64,000 bases of DNA from an uncultured Chloroflexia bacterium (GTDB taxonomy: Bacteria > Chloroflexota > Anaerolineae > JAAYZQ01), in NCBI GenBank assembly GCA_963700285.1, contig CAVOXA010000010.1, forward strand, positions 352,001 to 416,000, written 5' to 3'. A program made the translations under genes and the position numbers. This document shows positions 1 to 9,137 of the stretch, piece by piece. The notes under the pieces were generated by a model. That model worked only from the letters and a program-made list of their open reading frames with translations. It was not told the origin of the DNA and made no database searches. Positions within the stretch are counted from its first letter, which is position 1; each line of letters opens with the position of its first letter.

Positions 1-48
1 CACGATCAACAACGCCAGAAGTGTCATCCAACTCTTTTTGCTGAACAT
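1..48 (-). CDS. 5' end of a gene running off the window; signal-peptide-like N-terminus (MFSKKSWMTLLALLIV), probably another substrate-binding lipoprotein
   Basis: ATG at 48 with AGGAGAGG upstream; basic then hydrophobic N-terminus resembling the SBP at 20558 (MKKQYWPSMLLMIVV). Confidence 0.55.
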   Translation of the reverse strand, partial: MFSKKSWMTLLALLIV

Positions 49-274
49 TTTACCCTCTCCTCTTGGATTCTGATTCGTAATAGCCGACGACAGTTGACGG
101 GCTTGACCAGAGCCCACCCTCGTGAAGCCGTGCGCCCTGGCAAGCAATGCCGATACCTCCCGACTCTTTTCTACCACCTCCCTCCCGAATAGGCCTGTTT
201 CCAGCCAACACCTGGCAGTATGGCCCGGAGCCAAGATCACGTGAACTACTCGTTGTTGTTGAGTAGCCGCGCGA

Positions 275-1282
275 TCAAGCCACTACCTCGGCCTTGTCGG
301 CGTCGAACAGGATGTAGGCATAGTTGCCCGGGTAATTCCACGATGGTACAGCCACAGCGGCGATCAACAACGTCCGCTCGAAAGGCGCTTCGAAGGTCTG
401 GCGCTCCGTCAAGTCGTACATGTTCAGCAGCCTGCCGAGCACAGGCACCCCTGATACCGGCTGTCCATCGAACACCGTCCGGGGAGTAATGGCTGGATCG
501 GGAATGATCAGGCCGCCCTCCCGCGGTTTGACAATGTGTGCGTTGTGTTGGTGGCCGCTGTCGCCCCGGACCACGACTTGCCTGGGCGGCGGTTGTACCT
601 CGCCCGGCAACATGCCCAGGTAACGCATGACGTTGAACACACCACGCACCCCTCTTTCTACCCACTCGTTGTAAAGCTGTCCCTGGCCGCCACAGAGGGC
701 GACGATGACCTTGGCCCCCAGGCGTTCCGACTGGCGCCACATCTGTCCGGGCCGCCACTCGTCAAAGAGCAAGATGGGCATGTTGAAGGCGCGGGCCATG
801 CCGGTGGAAACCGGATCTTTGGTGAATTCGACCATGTGAACGGAATGGTGGTCGGCCCCGTCGTGGAGGTCGATCTGATAGTCCAGATGAGACAGAAACT
901 CGCTGGTCAGCACGTCGGCGATCTGTTCGGTAATGGTTTTTACCGGCTGGGTATACTTGCTTTTTCCCGGCTCAAAGAACACGGCATTGGCGTTCTGGCC
1001 GTCGCCTGGTGTCTCGCGCGACATCTGGCCAGCCCCCAGGGGGTTGCAGACGGGCACAGCCATGATGGTACCCGACAATTCCTCGGGGTCCACCAACTCA
1101 AGCACCCTGCGGATGATGCTCACCGGCGACGTCACTTCGTCCCCGTGTATGGCTCCACTCAAGCCCAGGGTCGGGCCGGGCTTGGCGCCCTTGACCACGT
1201 GCAGGGGCAGGCGGAAATCCGAGCCGGTGGGCATCGTCGTTACCGGCAGCCAGGTGAAAGTCGATTTCAGTTTCAAGTCCAT
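275..1282 (-). CDS. Succinylglutamate desuccinylase/aspartoacylase (M14-like) family protein, copy 1; catalytic Glu position is Leu
   Basis: GPTLGLSGAIHGDE, PVCNP and DLH motifs; VALCGG where the paralog has VAECGG; start placed at MDLKLK. Confidence 0.85.
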   Translation of the reverse strand: MDLKLKSTFTWLPVTTMPTGSDFRLPLHVVKGAKPGPTLGLSGAIHGDEVTSPVSIIRRVLELVDPEELSGTIMAVPVCNPLGAGQMSRETPGDGQNANAVFFEPGKSKYTQPVKTITEQIADVLTSEFLSHLDYQIDLHDGADHHSVHMVEFTKDPVSTGMARAFNMPILLFDEWRPGQMWRQSERLGAKVIVALCGGQGQLYNEWVERGVRGVFNVMRYLGMLPGEVQPPPRQVVVRGDSGHQHNAHIVKPREGGLIIPDPAITPRTVFDGQPVSGVPVLGRLLNMYDLTERQTFEAPFERTLLIAAVAVPSWNYPGNYAYILFDADKAEVVA

Positions 1283-1319
1283 AGTTCCCCCCACAGGCAC
1301 AAGCTACAGGCCGCGCCCG

Positions 1320-2326
1320 TCAGTCCAGTACCTCCACGTCCGGGCCGTCGGCATCGAACAGGATGTAGGCATAGGTGCCAGGGTAGGACCACGCCGGTCC
1401 AACCACCGCGGCAATGAGAAGCGTACGATCGAAAGGCGCCTCGAATTCCTGCCGCACCGTCAGGTCGTACATGTTGAGCAGTTCGCCCAGGACAGGCACT
1501 CCGGTCACCGGCTGGCCATCAAAGACCGTCTGTGGCGTGATGGCCGGATGCGGAACAATCAACCCCCCCTCGCACGGTTTCAGGATGTTCGCGTTGTGCT
1601 CGTGACCGCTGTCGCCCCGTACCATGTACTGCCTGGGCGGCGCTTCCACCTCGCCCGGCAGCATGTCGAGATAGCGCATCACATTGATAGTGCCTCGCGC
1701 GCTCCGCTCCACCCACTCATTGTAGAGCGCTCCACCGCCGCCACACTCGGCGACGATGACCCTGGCCCCCAAACGCTCGGACTCGCGCCACATTTGACCC
1801 GGCCGCCACTCGTCAAAGAGCAGGATGGGCATGTTGAAAGCCCGGGCCATGCCCTTGGAGATGGGATCCTTGTTGAACTCGATCATGTGGACGGAATGGT
1901 TGTCGCCGCCGCTGTGAAAGTCGATCTGGAAATCAAGATTGGCCAGAACCTCGGCAGCCAGCACATCGGCAATCTGCTCGCTCACCGTCTTGACCGGCTG
2001 CGTGTACTTGGTCTGGCCTGGCTCGAAAAAGACCGCATTGACGTTCTGGCCATCACCCGGCGTCTCACGCGATAGTTGGCCAACGCCCAGGGGATTGCAG
2101 ACAGGCACAGCCATCACCGTACCTGACAGTTCCGCCGGATCCAGCAACTCGAGTACCCTACGGATGGCACCTATGGAAGGCGTGACCTCGTTTCCATGTA
2201 TCGCACCGGTCAGGCCCAGCGTCGGACCCGGCCGCACGCCCTTGACCACGTGCAAAGGCAGGCGCAGGTCAGAGCCATCGGGCATTGTCGTCACTGGCAA
2301 CCACTGGAACTCGATTTCACACTCAT
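1320..2326 (-). CDS. Succinylglutamate desuccinylase/aspartoacylase family protein, copy 2; probable 1-nt deletion near 2311
   Basis: HGNE, DFH and VAECGGGG motifs; GGAGG RBS precedes ATG at 2326 (MSVKS), which is out of frame with the body by one base and matches the copy 1 start (LKSTFTWL). Confidence 0.85.
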
Positions 2327-2480
2327 TGCTTTTCCTCCACCTAACCAAGTGGCAAGACCGATCCCGTGTTCTGTGAACCGTCTGTTCGGGTTGTCGATCC
2401 AGCCACCATGGCGCAATAGGCCCAGATCTGGGCGTTACTCACCTCACGGAAGGGGCCTCTGGATGGGTCCCAATGGCAGT

Positions 2481-3295
2481 TCATGGTACGTGATCGCCGC
2501 GCGTGTCACGGTGGGGTCCCCGAATGTTGTATTTCCCGGCGCCGTACCCCCCATCCACCGCAACGTACTGACCGGTGACGAACTCGGCCTGATCCGAGGC
2601 GATAAATAGCACCATGTTCGCTATGTCCTCGGGGCGTGCAAGTCGCCCCAGCGGCATGGCCGTCAGGTGGTTTGCCACATACTCAGGCGTGGCCCCTCCA
2701 TGGCGAGAGACTTCGGAAACATCGGTCAGACCGGGGCTGACACAGTTCACAGTGATCCCATGCTTGCCCAACTCCAGGGCCATCACCTTGGTCAGCATCA
2801 CGACAGCAGCCTTGGAGGCACAGTGCGGCGCTGCCTGGATCCGGGCATTGGCAGCAGCTCCAGAGCCGATGTTGATGATCCGGCCACCGTCCCCCTGCTT
2901 GACCAACTGGCGAGCCGCAGCGCGGGAGCACAGGAAGGCACCCTTCAACTGAACGTCCACCTGATAGTCCCAATCCTCCTCCGTGAGATCCACCACCTCT
3001 TTGTGGACCCCGACGCCAGCATTGTTGACGAAAACATCTAGACGCCCAAAGTTCTCCAACACGGCTGCCATCATGGCGTCCACCTGGTCAGCCTTGGAGA
3101 CATCTGTCGTGCAAACCAGCACCTCCCCCCCTCGTTCCGCAGATTGTCTGCGACCATACCGGCCCATTCCTGGTCGACATCTGCGATGACTCCTTTTGCG
3201 CCTTCCCGCACAAAGGCAGTGATGATGGCCCGGCCAATACCCGAGGCCGCGCCTGTGACCACGACGACCTTGTCCTCAAAACGCCCGTTATTCAT
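2481..3295 (-). pseudogene. SDR family oxidoreductase split by a 1-nt deletion in a homopolymer near 3125 (probably a sequencing error); HxxxK active-site motif
   Basis: ORFs 3071..3295 and 2481..3167 join into a paralog of 3400..4203; C7 here versus C8 in the intact copy; TGAASGIG, NNAG, PHCASK. Confidence 0.85.
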
Positions 3296-3399
3296 ATTGC
3301 CCCTCCTGATTCGACCTGCAATCTTGGTTCTACCCAGCGCCGCTCGTGGAACGGGCGCTCTGCCGGCCAGATTCCAGCGGCGGGAGCAACCAGGTCCCG

Positions 3400-4203
3400 C
3401 TAATAGCGATCGCTTTGGTGAGGTCCCCGAATAGAGAGCTTACCTGCACTATAACCCCCATCCACCGTGATATGCTGGCCGGTAACGAACTCGGCCTGAT
3501 CCGAGGCGACAAAGAGCACCATATTCGCTATCTCCCTGGGATCGCCCAGGCGACCCAAGGGCACGCTGCTCAAGAACGCCTCGATGTACTCGGGCGAGGC
3601 TCCTCCATGGCGAGAGACTTCTGAAACATCGGTCAGACCGGGGCTGACACAGTTCACAGTGATCCCATGCTTGCCCAACTCCAAGGCCATCACCTTGGTC
3701 AGCATCACGACACCGGCCTTGGATGCACAGTGCGGCGCCGCCTGGATCCGGGCATTGCTAGTTGCAGTGGAGCCGATGTTGATGATCCGGCCACCACCCC
3801 CCTGCTTGACCAACTGGCGAGCCGCAGCGCGGGAGCACAGGAAGGCACCCTTCAACTGAACGTCCACCTGATAGTCCCAATCTTCCTCCGTGAGATCCAC
3901 CACCTCTTTGTGGACCCCGACGCCAGCGTTGTTGACGAAAACATCTAGACGCCCAAAGTTCTCCAACACGGCTGCCATCATGGCGTCCACCTGGTCAGCC
4001 TTGGAGACATCTGTCGTGCAAACCAGCACCTCCCCCCCCTCGTTCCGCAGATTGTCTGCGACCATACCGGCCCATTCCTGGTCGACATCTGCGATGACTC
4101 CTTTTGCGCCTTCCCGCACAAAGGCAGTGATGATGGCCCGGCCAATACCCGAGGCCGCGCCTGTGACCACGACAATTTTGTCCTCAAAACGCCTGTTGTT
4201 CAT
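3400..4203 (-). CDS. SDR family NAD(P)-dependent oxidoreductase (HxxxK variant)
   Basis: TGAASGIG, NNAG, PHCASK, VNCVSPG; AGGAGG RBS; ATG overlaps the upstream stop. Confidence 0.9.
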   Translation of the reverse strand: MNNRRFEDKIVVVTGAASGIGRAIITAFVREGAKGVIADVDQEWAGMVADNLRNEGGEVLVCTTDVSKADQVDAMMAAVLENFGRLDVFVNNAGVGVHKEVVDLTEEDWDYQVDVQLKGAFLCSRAAARQLVKQGGGGRIINIGSTATSNARIQAAPHCASKAGVVMLTKVMALELGKHGITVNCVSPGLTDVSEVSRHGGASPEYIEAFLSSVPLGRLGDPREIANMVLFVASDQAEFVTGQHITVDGGYSAGKLSIRGPHQSDRY

Positions 4204-5366
4204 TTGCCCCCTCCTAGTTTGAACTGCAATGGTAATTCGACCCAACGCCGCTCATGGAACGAAAGCTCCACAGCGTTAACCACTTCCTGCACCCAAGCCC
4301 CATCCTCAAAATTTCCCTGATTCCGCTCGCCACCGTCCAGGATCTCGTCGATAAAGTCCTTGATCAGGTTGGCATAGAACAGGGAGCGCCACGACTCGCG
4401 TGGGTGCCCACCCACCGGATAGAACCGCTGCGGGATCTCTAGCTCGCGGAACTCGACATCGTCCGGCGTGGCGACCTTGATCGTCTCTGCCAAGCCAAAT
4501 TCCTCTACGAGGCGGCAGATGACGGCTCCTTCTTGGCCAAAGATGCGGGCCTCGATGCCAGGGTAGTTGCCGACGGTCACCAGGCTCGTCTGTATGGAGC
4601 CAATAGCGCCGTTGGTGTACTCGCCGATAAAGATATCCCCATCATCCATGTTGATCTGCGTCATGCGACCGGTGTCCCGCACCATGCGTTCGGGGACAAA
4701 GTTGTGCAGGGTGCCCACGACGCGGGCATAATCGGCGCCCACCCACCAGTGGCCGATGTCGATAATGGGCGAGCCATAGCCCTCCAGGGAGCGGGTCTGG
4801 ATGGCCGACGGATCCGCCGGGCGGCCCAGAAGCCAATCGGGAGGCGTCCGCGGCATCTGTCGCAGTGGGACCTGGGGATCCAGCCATTGCGAGTTCTGCT
4901 CGTAGCCATTGAAGATGAAAGGTCTGCCCACAAAGCCCTCGTCGATGAGGGACTTGGCATAGAGCACGCCAGGGCTGTAGCGGAAGGTGAAGCCGAGCTT
5001 GGTCTTGAGGCCCTGGCTCCTGGCCAGTTCCGCAGCCCGCAGCGTATCGCGATAGTCGTAGGCCACCGGCTTCTCACACAGGATGTGCTTGCCCGCCTCC
5101 AGCGCTGCCCAGGCGAGTTCAAAGTGAGCCGATGATGCGGTGGCGACATCGATCACATCGATATCGGGCCGCGAAACGACGGCCTGCCAGTCACCGGTCG
5201 CGTCGGGAATGTCAAACTGCCGGGCAAAGTCCCTGGCTCGCTCCGCCACCACATCGCAGATAACCACGACCTCGCAGCGGGGATCTCGCAGCCAGCCGGG
5301 GATATGGGCCATCTCAGCCCACCTGCCCGCACCAAGTACGCCAACCCGGAGCTTTTCCCTAGTCAT
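4200..5366 (-). CDS. Gfo/Idh/MocA family oxidoreductase
   Basis: KLRVGVLGAG Rossmann start, GKHILCEKP motif; start MTREKL overlaps the upstream gene end. Confidence 0.88.
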   Translation of the reverse strand: MTREKLRVGVLGAGRWAEMAHIPGWLRDPRCEVVVICDVVAERARDFARQFDIPDATGDWQAVVSRPDIDVIDVATASSAHFELAWAALEAGKHILCEKPVAYDYRDTLRAAELARSQGLKTKLGFTFRYSPGVLYAKSLIDEGFVGRPFIFNGYEQNSQWLDPQVPLRQMPRTPPDWLLGRPADPSAIQTRSLEGYGSPIIDIGHWWVGADYARVVGTLHNFVPERMVRDTGRMTQINMDDGDIFIGEYTNGAIGSIQTSLVTVGNYPGIEARIFGQEGAVICRLVEEFGLAETIKVATPDDVEFRELEIPQRFYPVGGHPRESWRSLFYANLIKDFIDEILDGGERNQGNFEDGAWVQEVVNAVELSFHERRWVELPLQFKLGGGK

Positions 5367-6603
5367 GCAGATTTTCCTCCCCAACCACAAACTCGCCATC
5401 CAACAGTACAGCGCGGATATTCCCTGGCTTGCGCAACAGCGACACATTGGCCGTGGCATCGCCATTCACTGCTACCAGATCAGCCTTGAACCCTGGGGCC
5501 AATCGTCCTACCGTATCCTGCATGCCCAGGCAGGCGGCAGCCATAGAGGTACCCGCCCGGAGAGCTTCCAGGGATGAAAGACCTGCGTCGACCAGGTATT
5601 CAAGTTCCCTGGCATTCTCGCCGCGGACCCAATCGCCGATGTCGGTGCCCAGGCAGATCCGAACGCCCAGCTCCCTGGCCCGTTCCAGGCGTTCCGCCTG
5701 CAGGGACACGAGACTCCGCGCAGAGCGCAGGCGCGGTGGCTCATCATCCCCCGGGCCCGTGGTCGCGGTCTCTATTAGGTAGCGCTCGGCGCTCAGTGTA
5801 GGCACCAGGTAGACACCCTGCTCGGCCATGAAGGCCAGATCCTCATCGTCAAGGGGGCCCAGATGCTCGATGGAGCGGACCCCAGCCCTGAGCGCGTTCT
5901 TGAGCCCTGGGCCGCAGTAGGCGTGGGCGGCCGTGGGCAGACCGAATGCCTGTCCCTCTTCCACGATGGCTTGTACTTCGGCAAGCGAGAACTGCCTCTG
6001 AGCGTAGCTCCCCCGCACGGCACCCACAGCGCCAGTCGTCGCTACCTTGAGAAAGTCGGCGCCCGCACGGATGATCTCCCGGGCCTTGGCCCGTACGCCG
6101 TCCACCCCGTCAGCAACGCCGTCGGGGATGCCAGGCAGCCGGGGTACGTTCCGGCGCAGACCGCTGGCCGGGATAAAGCCATCGGCTAACCCCGCGGTCT
6201 GGGTGATGATCACCAGGCAGATCTGCAATCTCGGCCCCGAGATCAGGCCCGATTCCACCGACTGTTTGACCCCCAGATCCACGCCAGCACAGTCCCGCAC
6301 GGTGGTAAAGCCCCGTTCCAGCGTCAGCCGCAGGTTGAGCGCCGTCTCGAGCACGGTCCGGCTGATGGGAGTATAGGCATTCGTCGCCAAGTCGCCGCCG
6401 GGATAGGCCAGGTGGTCGTGGCAGTCAATCAGGCCAGGCATTAGCGTCGCGTCACCAAGCTCACGGACAGCCACGCCTACTGGCCGGCCCACTGTTTCCG
6501 CCGGACCGACGGCCTCGATCCTGTCGCCATCGATGAGCACCGCACCACCACGGAGCGAGCGATCACCATCGAACAACCTGTCGGCCGTAAATAAGCGATG
6601 CAT
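5359..6603 (-). CDS. Metal-dependent amidohydrolase (prolidase-like subtype)
   Basis: PGLIDCHDH, GFTTVRD, GADFLK, HAY, IEH, GTD, GFKADLV. Confidence 0.88.
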   Translation of the reverse strand: MHRLFTADRLFDGDRSLRGGAVLIDGDRIEAVGPAETVGRPVGVAVRELGDATLMPGLIDCHDHLAYPGGDLATNAYTPISRTVLETALNLRLTLERGFTTVRDCAGVDLGVKQSVESGLISGPRLQICLVIITQTAGLADGFIPASGLRRNVPRLPGIPDGVADGVDGVRAKAREIIRAGADFLKVATTGAVGAVRGSYAQRQFSLAEVQAIVEEGQAFGLPTAAHAYCGPGLKNALRAGVRSIEHLGPLDDEDLAFMAEQGVYLVPTLSAERYLIETATTGPGDDEPPRLRSARSLVSLQAERLERARELGVRICLGTDIGDWVRGENARELEYLVDAGLSSLEALRAGTSMAAACLGMQDTVGRLAPGFKADLVAVNGDATANVSLLRKPGNIRAVLLDGEFVVGEENLHD

Positions 6604-6604
6604 C

Positions 6605-7684
6605 CTACGGCAACTCCAAGCCCAGTTCCTGGCGGTACAGGTCCAACTCTTCCAGGTTCTCCCAGCCCATGGAGCGCTCGCCACGTTCTATCTCGTATAT
6701 CATTTCGACCAATCGTTGATTCAGGGGCACCGGCACTCCATACTCCAGGGCCTTGTCCACCACGGCGCCGGTCAGACCCGGTGTTTCGGACGGCCGGTGG
6801 CGGTAGACAATGTCCCACCATACACCACTGGCAGTCTTGACATAGTCGTGGGGATCCTGAACCTGATGGCGAGAGAGCCTGTCCAGGTAGTTATCCAGGT
6901 AGTCCAGGATACGCAGCGTATCCTCTGGCGTCCGGGGCTGATACATCTCGGGATCAAAGGAAGCGCTGGCCGGTAGGGAGACACCCGCCGCCCAGGCTAC
7001 ATCTAGAGCCTCACCGACCAGGATGATCCCCAGTCGCCGGTATCTATCGACGTCAAGAACTTGGTGTACGGAGGCGTCTACCAGGGCGGTGAGTGTGATC
7101 TGCGAAAAGTAGCACTGTTTGCCCCAGATCTCACCCACGATATTCCCCGAGACGTAGGTCGTCGTCAGATGCTTAAACCCACTTTCCAGCCATTGGATGC
7201 GGGGCGTGACTGCACCGTTCAGCTCGCCAATGTGGATGGGGCCCTCGTGCACAAACTCGATGTGGCCTGGCTCCACGAGCGCGCCGCCATAGTTGGGAAC
7301 CGTACCGACAATCTGAGAGGCGTCCACAAAGGCCTGAAGGACCTCGACGTTGAAGCCGTTCTGCAAGCTCACGACGATGGTTTCAGACGTGAGGAGGGGC
7401 TGAATCGACCCCATCGCCTCTACGGTATGGTGGCTTTTGACGCCGAGAAACAGCACGTCCAGGGGCTCAGCGAGTTCCGTGGTCAGGCAGGCCTTCACGT
7501 CAAAGTGCTTCACCCCACGGACGCCATCGGTGTACAGTCCCCTGGTCCGCAGGGCTTCTACGTGCTCCCGCCAACTGTCCGTCAAGGTGACATCGTAGCC
7601 TGCGCCGGATAGATAGGTTCCGGCCAGGCCTCCGATGGCGCCTGCACCCACTATGACAATTCGATGCTTGTCCAGATCATTCAT
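6605..7684 (-). CDS. Ketopantoate reductase (PanE/ApbA) family protein
   Basis: GAGAIGG, LGVKS, SLQNG, IWGK, RPSE; C-terminal GVPVPLN. Confidence 0.8.
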   Translation of the reverse strand: MNDLDKHRIVIVGAGAIGGLAGTYLSGAGYDVTLTDSWREHVEALRTRGLYTDGVRGVKHFDVKACLTTELAEPLDVLFLGVKSHHTVEAMGSIQPLLTSETIVVSLQNGFNVEVLQAFVDASQIVGTVPNYGGALVEPGHIEFVHEGPIHIGELNGAVTPRIQWLESGFKHLTTTYVSGNIVGEIWGKQCYFSQITLTALVDASVHQVLDVDRYRRLGIILVGEALDVAWAAGVSLPASASFDPEMYQPRTPEDTLRILDYLDNYLDRLSRHQVQDPHDYVKTASGVWWDIVYRHRPSETPGLTGAVVDKALEYGVPVPLNQRLVEMIYEIERGERSMGWENLEELDLYRQELGLELP

Positions 7685-7714
7685 GACTTTGTCTCCAACT
7701 GTACGGGGGAGCCA

Positions 7715-9115
7715 CTATCGGGGAGCAGCCCCTTCTGGCAGGGGCGACACATAGGCTTTGCCGCCCGTTTTGCGCTGAAACTCGTCCTGGGCTGCTTTGA
7801 CAATATCCGGCTTGACCTCGAGATCGAAGGCCGCCAGGGCCATGGCCTTTGCCGCCAGCATCATGCCTTTGTAGCCAATGCTCGATCCCGAAGTGACAAC
7901 GTTCTGCCAGCTATGTCCTGGCGTCCCAAGCGCCTGGCAACAGGTTGTGAGTTCCATCGTTGGCGTGATATGGCTCACATCGCCTACGTCGGTCGAGCCC
8001 CCCATTACCTTGCCCAGGCCGCCAGGTTCAGTGATGACCTCACAGAGGGGATCCCCCATCTCTTCCCTGGTCATCTCAAAACGCTTCAATGCCTTCTCTA
8101 TCGACCCAGGTGGGAAGGTAGCCTGCAGTTTCCTGGCCAGATCTTTTTCCTCATCCGTGAACTTTGGGGGGCCTGCCACCTTGAGTTTCTCCACCAAGAG
8201 TTCACCGAGCACCTCGTTGGGCAGCGTATTGTAGCATCCGGTCAGGAACTCGATATCGTAGGTTGTACCGGTCATGAGGGCAGCGCCCTTGGCTATGTCG
8301 AGCATCCAGGCATAGATAAAGTCGACCTGGTCCCGATTGGGGGCGCGGACATAGTACCACACCTGGGCATAGGGTGGGACGACGTTGGGCGCCTGCCCCC
8401 CCTCGGTTATCACACAGTGGACACGGGCGTCTTGAATGATATGCTCGCGCATATAGTTGACGCCCACATCCATCAACTGGACGCCATCCAGAGCACTGCG
8501 GCCTGCCTCTGGTGTGCCCCCAGCATGAGCAGCGATCCCATGGAAATTGACCTTGAAGGAGTTCAGAGCACTGGCCGACGTATACCTTGCAGAATTCACA
8601 TAGCTGGGATGCCAGGTGATGGCTGCATCCAGATCGTCAAAGACACCGGCCCTGGCCATAAAGACCTTGCCTACGAGTGTCTCTTCGGCGGGACAGCCAT
8701 AGTACCTGATAGTACCCTGGATCCCACCATCTTCCATAGCGTCTTTGACGGCCAATGCTGCTCCCACCCCCGCCATGCCCAATAAGTTGTGACCGCAGCC
8801 ATGACCTGGCCCCCCTTCTACTATCGGGGCCTGGGTGGCAGATACCTTTTGGGAAAGACTTGGCAGCGCATCATACTCGCCCAGGATGCCGATAATGGGC
8901 TGGCCCTGGCCCCAGCTCGCTACAAATGCCGTCGGTAACTGGTCGACGCCCTGGCTGATCTGAAAGCCCGCTGCTGCAAGCCGGTCAGCCTGCAGCTTGG
9001 CCGCATAGGATTCCTGCTGCCCCAGCTCAGGATGCTCCCAAATATCCTGCGCCATTGCTACAAGCTCGTTCTCCGCCATATCCAAAAAGCCCAGGATCTT
9101 TTTTTCTGCATTCAT
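7715..9115 (-). CDS. M20D amidohydrolase, p-aminobenzoyl-glutamate hydrolase AbgB-like
   Basis: HPELG, GEYDALP, HGCGHN, GCPAEE, AHAG, GSTDVGDVS, HSWQ. Confidence 0.85.
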   Translation of the reverse strand: MNAEKKILGFLDMAENELVAMAQDIWEHPELGQQESYAAKLQADRLAAAGFQISQGVDQLPTAFVASWGQGQPIIGILGEYDALPSLSQKVSATQAPIVEGGPGHGCGHNLLGMAGVGAALAVKDAMEDGGIQGTIRYYGCPAEETLVGKVFMARAGVFDDLDAAITWHPSYVNSARYTSASALNSFKVNFHGIAAHAGGTPEAGRSALDGVQLMDVGVNYMREHIIQDARVHCVITEGGQAPNVVPPYAQVWYYVRAPNRDQVDFIYAWMLDIAKGAALMTGTTYDIEFLTGCYNTLPNEVLGELLVEKLKVAGPPKFTDEEKDLARKLQATFPPGSIEKALKRFEMTREEMGDPLCEVITEPGGLGKVMGGSTDVGDVSHITPTMELTTCCQALGTPGHSWQNVVTSGSSIGYKGMMLAAKAMALAAFDLEVKPDIVKAAQDEFQRKTGGKAYVSPLPEGAAPR

Positions 9116-9137
9116 TGCTCCACCTCCACCAGTGATT

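Noticed and set aside
7664-8785. Long plus-strand ORFs antisense to real genes (for example 7664..8785, 10751..12325, 46540..48123, 55627..57222)
   Set aside because: Shadow frames typical of GC-rich coding DNA; the opposite strand carries clear family motifs and RBSs
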